The notes under the pieces are model-generated. The model had not been told where the DNA came from, ran no database searches, and saw only the letters and a program-made list of their open reading frames with translations. Positions 1-12,529 of a DNA stretch of 64,000 nucleotides are shown here, in pieces. Both the position numbers and the translations under genes were made by a program. The DNA comes from Macrostomum lignano (Eukaryota). Numbering within the stretch: the first letter of the stretch is position 1; every line of letters begins with the position of its first letter. The stretch is taken from the NCBI GenBank assembly GCA_002269645.1, contig NIVC01000513.1, positions 434,001 through 498,000 on the forward strand, written 5' to 3'.

Positions 1-489
1 AATCGTTTGCATTCTGGCCTTCGCTCAACACTGAATTCTTCCTCGTCTGGGCTCAGTTAAAGTGAAAATCTCTCTCCCCCACGCGCGCTGCACCCACACA
101 CATACACTCCTCTCTCCCCCACACACGAGACGCCCGCGCCCACAACCTGTGAGAATGGGGTAAGAGATTTTGAGTACACATGCGCGCATTTTTTCATACC
201 ACTCTATACTCTATTCTCGGCAAGCATACTTAAAGGGGAACGCATTTTCTCACATTCTCTCAATGATCAACGTCAGTACAAACTATTCACCGTTGAAATC
301 AACACCCACCCCATCAGAGCATAACAGAGGTAGTTAAGTAGTGGTTTTTGGTAAGAAGACTTATCAATAGTATATGTCTTGTCTCCAACAAACAAAAAGT
401 TGCTCTTTATGTTGGAGGCCAGCAGAACATAGTTCAAAAGATGTTTTGCCATCTTTATTTTCCTATTAAAGCAGGAAAAAGAGAAGGGC

Positions 490-761
490 TCATTTTTTAC
501 AGCCTTGAATCGCTGTTTCAACAGAATAGTTCTTAATCAGTTCTTCTACTTGTCCAGTCGTCACAGTCCGACATATGGGACAGGGAATGCTATTTGCCTC
601 CGCATTGTATATTCGATCAAGACAGTTGCGACAGAAAGTGTGGCCGCAGACTAGAGGTCGGGAGTCGGCGAGCCAATCGAGGCAAACGCTACACTCGAGT
701 CCTTCTGGGATATTCTCTGATCTCGTTCTGTCCAACTCTTTTTGTTTCACACGCCTTTTTT
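490..761 (-). CDS. RING-HC (C3HC4) zinc-finger coding exon, probable E3 ligase; 5' part not identified
   Basis: The ORF 490..954 contains CSVC-x11-CGHTFCRNC-x13-CPIC. The part above 761 reads like intron: a pyrimidine tract ending ttctcag on the minus strand, with the AG at 762-763. Confidence 0.7.
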
Positions 762-1921
762 CTGAGAAATGAGAAAGAAGAGTTGTAAGAAATGAAACAA
801 TGCTATAAATAAAAAAAATAAAAAGTTCCAGACAAATGCACAGATAAAGGTACACCGATTTGAGTCTTACCTCTACTGACTTAAAGAAATCACTGTTTCT
901 TTTCAGAGACGATCCGTTCCAATGTTGGAAAAACTCTAAAGGGATATTTTTCAAATCACTCTCTCGATAAAGTAATTAAACCTTTCTTTTTCCTTGCTTC
1001 AATTTGGATTCAAGTTCTTTTAATCGTTTCTCTTCTTTAGCTGGCGAGGGAATATATGTTAGTAAAGAGGTCTGGGCGGTTTATGCTTCTGGTTTAATAT
1101 AGCCAGCCAGGGTGAGGGTTTTGAGGGTTTGTTCGGTGGGGAGAGAGATTTAGCCGAAGCTAGCTTAATCAGCCAGAGCAACGAGTTTAGATAATGTGAG
1201 GGTTGGGCTGTGGGCGTGGGGGGGATAGAGATTTAGCCGAAGCCAGCTTCGGCTAAAGGATTTTAGGATTTTGGCCTTACCCGAGGCCAGATCGAAGAGG
1301 ATTTTGGCCTCGACTTTTCAAATGCAGCGGTCGCATTTGGTCAGGGCTGAGAATAATAATAGTTAAACCCTTCCCGACTCAAGCGCCTCTCTCTACCCCC
1401 ATATCTTTCAAAAGTCTTCTCAGTTCCTTGTTAGGAGCGCACAAAATAAACCCTGCTCCCGAGCCTCCGCCCTCTCTCCCCATGCACCAGCCCTCTCTTC
1501 CCCAACACCCACCCTCGCCGCCAACCCCCAACCCCAACTTTTCCTTACTAAAATAACAGCTTTAACTAGCTTCCGAGCGATCGATTCCCTCCACCCGCTT
1601 GAAGTCCCATATTGTCTAATCTCCTAAGCATTTCTTTGTCTCAGCGATTTTTCTCCTCTGGAAAATCCTTATACTTAACGTCGTGCCACATGCAGACAGA
1701 CTCTAGCTCGTTCACAGGCTCATGCCCAGGGTTTGGATTATTGTTTTTATCTAACTAAATTTCAAGTGGATTCAAAGGCCCGCAATTCCGGCTACAAAGG
1801 ATTTGTAGCCGGGAATTGTCCAGCCTTTGTTTGGATGAGGAAGCTTTTCAATTAATCCATGTGTGAATCTAAGTTACCACCATAGCGTTGCATTATTTAT
1901 TTAAAATTTTATTTTTGATAA

Positions 1922-2227
1922 ATGGGAGAAGAAAAACAAATCTATCTACTATAGTGACAAATGATTCTTTGTAGGCAAAAATGCAGTCGCCAAACTCGCA
2001 GAACTAAGTAATAAATCAAAACAAACAGTTGAAAGATGGCTCTCTAAGCAAGCAGTCTACAAAGTCTATTTCCCAACAGTAAAATTTGAAAGGCCCCATT
2101 TCAGTATTTATAAACCTAATGAGGCGCACCAAGCAGATCTTCTGTTTCTCCCCAATGACTCAGGCTACAAGTATGTTCCCACAGTTATAGACATTGCCTC
2201 CAGATATTAGGAAGCGAGACCACTTAA
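1922..2227 (+). pseudogene. Maverick/Polinton-type retroviral-like (rve) integrase, N-terminal fragment
   Basis: Manual translation gives IYYSDK*FFVGKNAVAKLAELSNKSKQTVERWLSKQAVYKVYFPTVKFERPHFSIYKPNEAHQADLLFLPNDSGYKYVPTVIDIASRY*EARPL. The PN-x-HQADLLFLP...YKY-x-TV-D-ASRY pattern is typical of Polinton integrases. It has 2 stops and ends at the TTAA at 2224-2227. Confidence 0.75.
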
Positions 2228-4830
2228 CCCCGAGGATGCGGGTGGCCTGCTCTGCAGGCCATAGCTAATGGTCTATGGCTTGCGAATTATTTGAATGCTG
2301 TTTCGAAAATAAGTTTGCATAACCGTAGCTTGCGGCTCAGCAGGCCATGCCTATTTTTGTATACAGAAAACATTTGTGAATCACTGTCAACGAGTTTTTC
2401 TATCTGATGAAGTAATTTTTAATAAGAAACAGTAAAAATCAAGAAGATAAGTTGCTATAACGTATAAACAATGTTTAACAGCTAAACAACAACAATAACA
2501 TAACCTGTTTATAACCAGATGGCATATTGGGTATAGCTTCGGTTTCTCGCTCTAAATTATTTTCTTGATTTTCAGAAATTAATACTTTAATACTTTTAAA
2601 CCTGCGTTACTGATTATTTTCCGGCCTTTCCAGATTTGGAATTCAGAAACCTGCTTCATTTTCCTGCTTTGGAGTTTGGACTATTACATTGTGTCACTAT
2701 TGACTTTTTACTTGCTTCTTTTACATTTGTAGACTGTAAGTTTAAAAGAATCCGGAAAATAATTTAGAGTGGAAACCAAAGTTATGCCGCATATTGTTTG
2801 TCAATTAAATATGAGCTGCCTTTGGCTTTGAAAACTAAAAAAATAAGTTACACCTGAGCGGCATGCCAGTCGGCAAAGCAGGGGGCTGCGCACAGTCCAG
2901 GGTTGCCTTCACAGGAGCCGCAGCAGAAGACTGTTTTCTTGGCCTGGCCGTTCGTGTAGCACTGCCTACACCGCTTCGTTGGTCGGGCTTGCGCTTCGGT
3001 GGTTTCAATGCGCTTCAGCGAGTGTTGTTGGTGAGCCACTGCTGGCTGCTGCTGTGCCCGAGCAGCTCTTACACGACCTGGTCCAGAGGAGTCGATAAAG
3101 TTCTTGATGATGGTCTCCAGAAACTTAAAAAACTCCAGTGTACCTCCGCACGATCGGTACACAACCCAGCCATTTCTGGCCAGTACAAGAAAATGTGCGC
3201 GCCGAGCTTTGTGGGCCACTTCTGAGTCCGCCGGCATGGGTTGTATGGCTGCAAGGCAGAGTCCAGCCTGTCGACACCACCCATAAATCTGTTGCACGAC
3301 ACAACTGTCTGTTGCTTCTGCTGGATGACCAGTTCGTTTCGCACGATTCGGTGAACAGGGTGAAGTTGGGCTACGCCTTGCGTGTCAAGGAAGTAAACTT
3401 TCTTTAGGCCCGAGCTCTTCCTGTCAATTATTTTCAACGCTAGCACGTTTCCTTTGCGCATAAACATGTAGCTTGGAGCTTGGTTTCCCTGGATACCACG
3501 AAGGCCATCTGGGACAACGCGATAGGCGCGAACTGTGCATGTCAGCATGGTGCTCCGCTGCAGCAGATACATCGCAAGATGATAAGATCCGAACCAGCTA
3601 TCGCAGAAGACGTGATAACCTAAATCCAATACGTACCTAACTGCCTCCACTCAGAGACAGCCCCCCCACCCGAGACCTGGACCGAATCGCTCATTCTCAG
3701 CTCTACTAAAGTGCACTAAGAAGTTGCTCACGTAACCGGATCTAGCTTCGCAAAGACAATACAATTTGATGCCATATCGCGCTTTCTTGTATGGAATATA
3801 TTGACGAAACATGACGCGACCCCTGAACAGAACAAGCTCTTCGTCGAAACTAATTTTTTTTCTGGCATGTACACATTGCGACATATCTCAGCTACACGCG
3901 TAATAAATGGTCTTGCCTTTGCTAGCGGGTCGTTTCCATCGAAGTTTTTGCAGTCATATAAGCGCAGCTGGCTACTGATCTGTTGGTACCTGTCCCTTGT
4001 CAGGCGAGCGAGTTGTTGGAAGAAAGGTGTTGCGTAGAAATCATCTTTGCTCCAATAGTTGGCGATCTCGAGCTTTTTACGAGCTCGTATCTAACTCGTA
4101 ACTTTTTTTCTCGAGCTCGTAACTATTCCCATGTAAAGCGACATGGCGACAAACTTCTTCATCTCGTCCACGGTCACGTCTTTCCACGCAGAGAACCTTT
4201 GAGGCAAGTTTGGCATCGATGCTTGTAGCTCGTCGAATTTGCGCCACACCTGCGCATCGGTCCAAGCGCAGAGCTGTTGCAGTAGGTCAGCAATCAGAAA
4301 CAGCTTGAAAAACGCAGCTGGATCGTCATCGGCAGTCTCTGGCCTCGGTAAGTCAGGATCCATACCAGGCATTCCCAAGAATTCGGCTCTGCATCTGGCC
4401 GTTGATCCTGCCCAGCTTCCCGTGCCACCCAAGCATCATATGGTAAGCCTCCGGCGTCTTCATTTGGCTGGAGATGCAGGTCCCCCTCTTCTTCATCTTC
4501 ACCCTCATCCGCTGTTAGCCAGCCTTCCTCTAGTTCGGAGTCGGTATCTGGATCAAAATTCACTTGAGCAGCCCTGACAAACACTCCGATACTTGGAAAC
4601 TATTGCACTAAATGAAGCTGCTGATCGATGATTCAATTAACTAATTGGCACTTGACTTCTATCATGTAGCTTCAAGCTTTCTTGATTTAATGAATCCCAC
4701 AATTTTACTGTGTCATTTATACCCACCCACCCGTCCATCCACCCCACTCCACTTTGTTTTTTGCTTTCATGTTTATCCTTTATTGCTACGAGTATAAGCT
4801 AATCCACCTGCTATCGCAGGCTACGGGGGT
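2228..4830 (-). mobile_element. piggyBac DNA transposon (decayed); one end is clear, the other uncertain
   Basis: TTAA|CCCCGAGG at 2224-2235 is a typical piggyBac end, and the transposase pseudogene lies inside. Only a weak match to the opposite TIR is visible near 4804-4829. Confidence 0.75.
2848..4584 (-). pseudogene. piggyBac transposase (DDE_Tnp_1_7), frameshifted
   Basis: The ORF pieces carry SFDEELVLFRGR...QYIPYKKARYGIKLY, FCDSWFGS and MGGVDRLD (the DDD triad) plus a C-terminal Cys-rich domain CRQC...CGSC...LCAAPCFADWH. They are split over at least 5 frames or ORFs. Confidence 0.9.
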
Positions 4831-5569
4831 GTAAAAAATATGCTGAAATAGTCTATTTAAGCCCTCGCCCCCCGCCTCGCCCTCGCCCTCCGCCTCGCCC
4901 TCGCACTCCGCCTCGCCCTCGCCCTGGGGCCCCTAAGCCGAAGCCAGTATTTCTGTAAAGTTCAAAAGTCGCAATTTAAGTTTTTTTTAATAGGCGCGCA
5001 ATTTGTTCTATCAAGATATTTCGGGTGAAGCGGGGATGAGACGTGAATAAGGTCTCTGATAGCAAGAACATTAGAACTAGAATTTGGTAATTGACCATTG
5101 AACTTAAAGTACGTGTAAGCACGAAATATAGCAAATAAAAGTTCGTCTAAACACAAACTTCTTGAAAAGCAACACTGTTTAGATAGGAATTTTTAGTCTT
5201 TACGCATTTCTTTTTTCTGATCAACATGCGAACGTGGAAAAGCTAGGGAGTGAAAAATTACCTCTGCATCAAAGTTTCGCAAGCCGATTTCAGCGTCCGG
5301 AATATGAGATACAGAACGGAGCTTTCTTAAAACCCGTCGCTCCATTTTTGCCCACTTCAACCTTTATTTCGGCCTTAATTGAGTTCTTCAGCTCCGCAGC
5401 GACAGCAACCGCAATCGAAGCTGGATTGTACGATGACACGTCAGGTTCGACATTTGCCAGAAGGCTTAACACCGCAGGAAAACACAGTCGGACTTGCCGC
5501 TTATTGCCTCAACTTAGAATACTCGGACACAGATCTGACAGAGCTGAAACCACATTTAAAAGTATTTCA

Positions 5570-6345
5570 CTGGGCCGCTGTGATCAAGGAGTAGAACTAG
5601 CGAATGAAGCTAATCTGCAGCGACAAGGCTAAACTACAGCGGCTGCCCACAATGCGAGTCGAGTGAAAAAAGATTAGAACTATTACTATTACAAAATAAT
5701 CATGTTGGTGCAGGTCCGCACAGAGGGCTGAAACTATATCAGCAAACGTGGACAAATATTTGTCTGCTATTATTAGCTCTTCAAATAGTGAATACTCAAT
5801 ACTTTGTGGGAATGGTGGCTTGTATAATTGTTGTCGTCATTTTCTGCGATTATCGGCTCTAATAATGAAAAGCCATTGGTTTTGTGAAACCATCTTTTGA
5901 GTTTCAGTTAAATGAATAAACTGGCAGACAAAAACATCTCTGGAATTAAAAATGGTCTTAATTCATTTGTTCTTGAAATTGAAAAAAGAACTGAGACTGA
6001 ATTACTGTCACTCTGAATGAGTGAGCTGAAATTTTATTAAAACGAGAGTAGCTACCTGCTGCAGCTTGTTGTTGAGTCTGACTGACTGACTTACTCGCGG
6101 GCTGTGGACAGACCGGCCGGCAAGCTGGCTGGCTGGCTGACGGTGGCTGTGAGGGCTGCGGAGCCAATAGGAGGTCGCTCAAAACCACTATAAAAGAAGA
6201 CCCCTGCGCTCCGAAAATCTTCTCAAATCGAAATTCGCGATCAACACACTTATAATGAACAGCAGCATCAACCGCAGCTGGTACGGGATAGGGGGCGGTC
6301 GAGTAGGCCGTGTCGCCTCGCTCTGCACAACTCGGTTTTCGAGTT
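5570..6345 (+). repeat. Copy 1 of a Maverick-family module: 3' end of the PC4-like gene, AT-rich spacer, CCAAT/TATA promoter, 5' end of the MNS-gene
   Basis: Alignable by eye to 16340-17345 and 37915-38960. Shared landmarks are WAAVIKE..KLICSDKA..MRVE*, gaaaccatctttt, ggagccaat, tataaaa and WYGIGGGRVGR. Confidence 0.75.
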
Positions 6346-8373
6346 GTTGAACCGATATCAGACAACGACGACGACAACGCAAGTCCCTGCAGCTAGGATG
6401 GTCAAGCATCTAGCTAGGACCATGACAATAGTTCATTTTTGCTTTTCTTGGTTTTGAAGAAGTCACTAAAGCGCCCGGTCTAAGCTGGTGCTTTTCAGGT
6501 AAAAGCGCTAAAGGGCGACGACGAACATCGGCGACAACATAAAAAGGAGAGGATATTGAGTCTAACAAATCCAACTTAGCCGCGTTCCAAAAGAATATTT
6601 TATCTATTACAATACTTCGACCGACTACTACAAGCGAAGCTATGGGCAAGTCAGCTCAAAAAGACCTTAGCCGAGCGGTATGTCAAAGAAGGTAAGCAGA
6701 TATTTGACTTTGTGTTTAACAAAAATCTTTCAATTATCTTGAAGTACTGCCCTGCATTTCTATTTCTTGCAGCCAAAAACGGGTATTTAACAGAAACCCA
6801 CTGTGCTACGAAAGCACGATCGGAGGGTTGAAAAAGGACAAGTGCGCATGGAGATTGTTCTGATCTCAACGAGGATGTGTTCAGATAAAGTCGGAAGAAT
6901 ACTTTGATTTGACGACGGACAATTATGTGAACTGAGGTTTGAATCGATACTTAAAACTTTGAACTTTTGGTGTAATTTAATAGAGTATAAGCTTTAAAAA
7001 ACAACTGTTGTACGTACACTGTTTTTTAGTTTCTTGTATATTTCTTTTATAGCTAAAGTAAAGCGAGTAAACCGCAAAATAAATTTACTTAGTAAAAATG
7101 CAAGCAAAAGGTATTAGGAAAAAGACGCATAGAATAAAGAATTAGAAATTTAGTATATTTAGATATGGTTGATAACGCTAGAAAATTTATGATTTGACAA
7201 GCACTCACTATACAGTGTTAAAATTAAAAACTTGTGTCTTTTGTTTCTTTTGGCAAGTCGAGTCAAGCGATGTCTTGGTGATTATTTCCAGTGCGTTGCT
7301 TCGGAGCTTTTTTTAACAGCCTTAGTCTGTAGCGAGAGGGAGTGTACGTAGCTTGTGGGCTTCGATTGAGGGTAGTGCATTGGAGTGGGTTGAAAATTTG
7401 GCTAATAAGAAGTTACTGACTAGTAGGAGAGGCTTTGACCGCATATCGATTATAATACTGTGTTCTTAATTTGTGCAATACTTTAATTTGTGCAATATTC
7501 TATTCAACGCTTAATATGAATTGTGCACACAGCAAGCTTTGAACAACGTTTAGATCTTACACTAGAACTAAAGTGAATACTAGAGTCTAAAGACCAAAAT
7601 AGTTTAACGATCAAGATTAAAAACTTTTGGTTTTATACAGAGTGTTGAAGGAAAAATTATACGTTAATTAAGCAAAAAGCACGAGATTTAGAATAGAACA
7701 CCAAACAAAAACACACTTAAATTTAGAAACACTCCGATTATTGCTAAGGAATAAACCGATGAAGCTAGACAAAGGGTCTTAGCACCAACACGTAAATATC
7801 ATAAAATTAAACAGTAATATTGGGAAAGTTAGCAACAATGGCCATAAAGTGTTGAAAATAAGAGGAATGAGCAGATGTCGTAGCATCAAGCACACGGAAA
7901 TTAAATTTAAAGTAAATTTAAGCAGTATGAGCCGTTACAGAACATAGACGGTGGTCTGCTGATCACAGGTACAAAAATAAAAACAAAAATATAAAAAATA
8001 TGCACCGCGTGTTAGTACCACTACATCGGCGTTTTTTTTTCAAGAAATTGTGCGGTTCCCATCACCCCAGAGCCTGGGCAGTCAGGCCATGCATCTGCTA
8101 CGATGGGGCGGTATACAATTCGATCGTCTCTCCGGATTGGTTTTGCGTTTCTCCCTCATCAATACTTTCCAGGGTAATTGCGTGCCATTCGCGCTGAGGG
8201 GTCGATCCGCAAGGATATTGTAGACATGTTTCTTGGGTTTGATGGCCAGTTGCTGCGATTGAAGGCGACTGTGGTGGAGTTCTTGGCCGAGTCGCGCGCG
8301 ATGTGCTGATGTTAAAAAGGGATGAAACAAAAATGGAGAAAAGAGTTGAAATAATCAAATAGGCAATTTAAAC

Positions 8374-8628
8374 CTACCGAAACTTGCAGCAACGAACAAG
8401 CCACGAAACTAGTGAATAGACGAATACAAGAACAACTAGGGCTGTTAGCAGTCCGACGAGTTTTTCGGTGCCAATCAGTGAAGCGGACTGAAATTGCTGC
8501 TGCTTTGAACTGCGAGGCGCCTGTGTAGTGCTATTGAATCGCGATTGGAATGCCAAAATAGCTCTAGTCAGCGCGCGAATCTGGTTTGCCTGATTCCTTA
8601 ACACAATCATAATCTGTTGCTGGATCAT
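8374..8628 (-). CDS. Small (84 aa) single-pass membrane protein of unknown function
   Basis: ATG-initiated ORF with a ctataaaa TATA box about 65 bp upstream (8692-8699). It has a hydrophobic segment LVGLLTALVVLVFVYSLVSWLV followed by RCCKFR. Confidence 0.4.
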   Translation of the reverse strand: MIQQQIMIVLRNQANQIRALTRAILAFQSRFNSTTQAPRSSKQQQFQSASLIGTEKLVGLLTALVVLVFVYSLVSWLVRCCKFR

Positions 8629-8949
8629 TGTTTTGCTTTAGATGCGAAATACTCCAGTCCTAAACTTCATAGCACATGGTGATTCAAGCGATTTTATAGA
8701 GAGCGAAAGAGGTCTTATGAGATCGATAACAAAGGGGACAAAACATAAATGCGGGTGTACGCTGGCGCAGGCGAGAGGCAAATTGTTTATTAATGTACAT
8801 TTGTGCTGGGGGCGGGGGAGATAAGGAAAGCCGTAAAACGCACTGACTGCGAGAAGAGGGGGGTAGTGGATGAGAACGAGCCTCTAGCTAGCCCCACATA
8901 TTAACAAGGTGCTGCAGTCCGACTCCAGTGTCTTGGGCAACAACTTTAA

Positions 8950-9665
8950 ATTGTTTTTGCTCAAGGCCTGGGTCCTGCGGGGCGGCTGCGACAGCCTAGA
9001 TGCGGCTGAAAAGGACATCCAGGCCAGGCATTCGACAGGCCGCAATTATGTCGTCATTGCCAACGGCGACAAGCGCTGCCTCATCAGGGCGCTTGTGGTG
9101 GCCAAGGCCTTTGCCGACCTGGAGTCCAAAGTCATAACTAAGAATACGTGGCAAACGATCAAAGCCCACTCCCCACTGCAGAAGAAGCAGACTGGGGAGC
9201 TTCAGATTGCCGCTAAATTGTATTCGGAAAATTATCTTACACATTAATTTGCATTTTTATTAATATACAAATGTTTTAGTCTTCATCAACCATCACACAG
9301 GCTGGCCCCGATCGCTTCGATGTGCTCCCCCAACTGCTGGCCACTATTAATGCTCAGTCGCCCGGCCGAGATTTTGGCGTTCGCGTGTACAGGGCTAAGG
9401 AGGGCAACACGGGTATCTATGCCCTGCCTGGCAGCACAGTGCTCAATTTGCACCTGATTGGCGAGAATTTCAACACTGTGTGCAAAGTGCCGTCATTTTT
9501 CGGTACTCGCCGCTATTGCGGAAGCTGCCAGCAGCCGTACGATTGCAGCTCTGCTGAGCACAAGTGTGCCAACCTCTGCTATCAGTGCAAAGTGCCTGGC
9601 AAGAGCATGCGGCGCAACTACAGACGCTGCACCGACTGCGGTCTGAATTGCTACAACCGTATTCT
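8950..9665 (+). pseudogene. polB: pPolB N-terminal region fragment (Maverick), with a probable intron near 9230-9300
   Basis: VIANGDKRCLIRALVVAKA matches the I-x-N-x-D-x-x-CL-x-RA-x-VVA motif of Polinton polymerase N-termini. The Cys-rich YCGSCQQPYDCSSAEHKCANLCYQCK segment is homologous to 14380-14520. An acceptor cacacag ends at 9301. Confidence 0.75.
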
Positions 9666-9669
9666 CACA

Positions 9670-10050
9670 ACATAAATCCCATGTATTCGTATATGTACAT
9701 TAATCCCTATCTATCTCAAATTGTATATGTACATTGTCTACTTCTATGTCTATGCCAAATTTAATATGTACATGTCTACCTGTACAGTGCAAGTGTACAT
9801 GTACATACTTCTATATGTACATGTACACTTGCGCATTATTCTACTTCTATGACAATTTCTAATATGTACAGTGTATACATTAATCCCCAATCTACACGAC
9901 AGCCCCCGCTCTGCGTATTTGAATCGTCAACCCCACAAGATTATATGTACAATTCCAACTCGAAACACTAATTGTTACGTGTACAGCGCAGTATATGCAG
10001 AGGTGGGTCGGAGTGCGCGCGCCAGCTGTACAATCTTATCTACTACTACC
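9670..10050 (-). repeat. Truncated, diverged copy of the Maverick terminal (TIR) segment downstream of the minus-strand pPolB
   Basis: Contains gtacattaatccctatctatctcaaattgta as in the TIR at 16270-16320. Positions 10030-10480 are the reverse complement of 42340-42720. Confidence 0.6.
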
Positions 10051-10469
10051 AAATGAGTACACTAATTGTGTAGCTCACGTCGTATATGTATAAACTATTT
10101 ACAAAGAAGATATATTTACAATAAATCAGTAGCAAATTACAGGAAATAATTAATGTACAACATCACCAGCGAATAAAATATACAGAAAATTTTACATTGT
10201 TTTTCAATAATTTTCGCTTCATCAATAACTTAAAGCAAGTCTGACACGCTAAATATGTACAATAGATTTTTACATTGGCAATTTCACTGCATACGATACA
10301 AAAGGTTTATGTACATTTGTATAGTCGGTCGGTTCCTCTTCATAAACGGTTTTATGTAAATTTGACATGCAAAATATGTAAAACAACAAATAGATTTTAC
10401 TCTTACAAATTTTTACAAGCCAAAATGTTTTAATGTACATTTAATAGTCAGTCAGTCACAAGGGCCGCA

Positions 10470-11810
10470 TTATTTATAACCATAAGGCTGGCTGCACACA
10501 GCCCCGTCGTACACTCGTTTAGTCAGCACGCGCTGAAACGTCTTGTCCATATTGATTGTATGGATGGTGCAAGTCGCCTTGTCGCGCCCGAACTGAAGTT
10601 GCGGCAGCTGCAAAGAGCCGCCGTGTAGCAGCGTGGTGCGCAAGTCCTTACTGCTCTCCCGCATCTCCGGAGTCAGGCGGATGCCCTTGCATTTCAAGAC
10701 CTGGCTCCTCCCCCCAGCCGCATCCTCGACAATGTATGTGTAGAGCTTGGGCCCTCCACTCACAAAGTCGATCATTCGGCTGCCGGCGGGCACCTTATCC
10801 GTCCCGTCCACATTCCGAGGCTCGTGCCATAGGGGCGGCTCCCATTGGCCCTCGGAATGGCGGTTAACGACCCTGTGTGTGTTGGGGGTGGGGGGAAGAA
10901 AATAGGCTATTAGTTCGGATTTCACATGTTAAGAATTGATACGTAATCAATTCTAAAAGAAATTATCCAGCCTGCAATACTTACGAGTCGGTGTCGCAGT
11001 AAATGGCCCGTTCACCGAGACCCTCCAAGGCCTCGTACAGGCGCAGCCGGGCCTGTGTGTCTGCGTAAAACCCGATATGCACATTGGAGTAGCGGAACGG
11101 CCGCTGATTAAAGTAGCGGTGCCGGTACTCCAGCAGCGTAAACTCGCTGCCAATCGGTTCGCAGGCTTTGACTTCGAGATTGGGTTCGGTCAGCCGGGCG
11201 AGCCAGTCCTCGTAACTGGAAACTATTTCTGTCGATGTCAGGTCGTCACGCTGACAGAATTTACCCCAGAGCCTGTGAAAATATTGGTTCCTGTTAGTAA
11301 AAGAAATCGTTTAAAAAACATAATTTATGATAACTTACGAATTCAAAAAAAATTTCGCTACAAAGCGAAGTCCAGGGTTGGGCTCGACTTTGACCAGCGT
11401 GACGCCTTCCTTAGCCTAAAAATCGGCAATTTAGGCGGCCTTGTCTTCATCAGTCATGCCGGAGGAGCCGCTCGACTCGGCCTTCAACTTGAGGAAGGTA
11501 TTGACGTAATCGCTGAACAGGCCATTCCGCTGCTCTGTCCAATAGGCTAGCGAATGCACAACTTGCAGTTAGTAGCCCAACTGGAAGGCCTTCCGCAGCT
11601 CCGGCGTTGCCCAGGTGCCAGTCAGCGCCCGTTCCTCGTCTGAGGGGTGGCAGCCGCTGCACTGCTCCTGCTGCTGCTCTATACAGGTGCGGCAAAGCCC
11701 AAAAAAGAGCTTCTTTTGCACCCTGTATGGCAACAGCGGAATGTGCAAATCCGACGGTGGCAGCACAGTCACTTTGGCAATGCCAAAGTAGCTAGCCAGC
11801 GCGTCAGAAT
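10470..11810 (-). pseudogene. polB: pPolB C-terminal half with two GT-AG introns (11273-11338 and 10873-10984), decayed
   Basis: TVLPPSDLHIPLLP...LFFGLCRTC, GTWATPEL, FLNS^LWGKF, TDS^VVN, VSGGPKLYTY, KCKGI and KRVY...PYGYK*. It has several in-frame stops and is the inverted homolog of 40979-42343. Confidence 0.9.
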
Positions 11811-12529
11811 CGCGTGATCACGCGTGCACAGAATGGACCGAAAAGCTACCATTATTGTTATTTTAGCTTAGCAAAACCTTCCCGCCTTCACTTTCTTCTT
11901 CTTAGTACCCGCAGACACTCATTTTAAAACTCTTATCCACTTGACTTCTTCCTTAGCGTTAGATTAGTTCAAGACTCAAGACAACTAGTCCAAGACAAAA
12001 CAGAACTAAATAGTAATTTAGGCATCTATTTTCCACACCCAGTTATGATTACAATATATATATATGCCACGACAAGACATATATTTCTTATTACAATAAA
12101 AAAACGACTGCTTACTCATCATTCTTCACTTTCTTCTCTCAAACTACGGCGACGTCAAATCGACTTTCTTGATCCCCTTTCTCTTTACTTCTTCTTGCTC
12201 GTCTCTTTGACACACAAACGTCCTGACAACGGTCCCGCTCAACTCAACCTGATCCAGCCCGACCCTGCCCAACCCTGCCCTACACTTCGACTGGCTCGAC
12301 AACGACACCATTCAGACAACTCTAGTGACACCAGCAGCAAATGTACAACATCATTACAAGTGGTGGCCCTGAAAAGGGCCGGTGGATCGTTCAAAACCGC
12401 GGCATCATCACCGACAGCGTCAGTTCTGCCGCGAAAAGGCTACTGAGACCGCCCACCTACTTACCTACACCTCGGTCTCGCGAACCGTCACCGCTGCATT
12501 CGACTGCTGATGATGTCTCCGACAGCAGC

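Noticed and set aside
4804-4835. piggyBac right TIR
   Set aside because: There is only patchy similarity to the left end, no intact TTAA, and the integrase does not resume.
6400-7900. Short ORFs 6410..6649 and 6651..6869 and the AT-rich stretch
   Set aside because: No recognisable motif, many stops in every frame, and no repeat copy in the window.
11077-11550. 157-aa plus-strand ORF, and similar ORFs at 15242..15886, 17562..18254, 25420..26034 and 35872..36171
   Set aside because: They are antisense shadows of GC-rich pPolB, RT or RNase H coding sequence.
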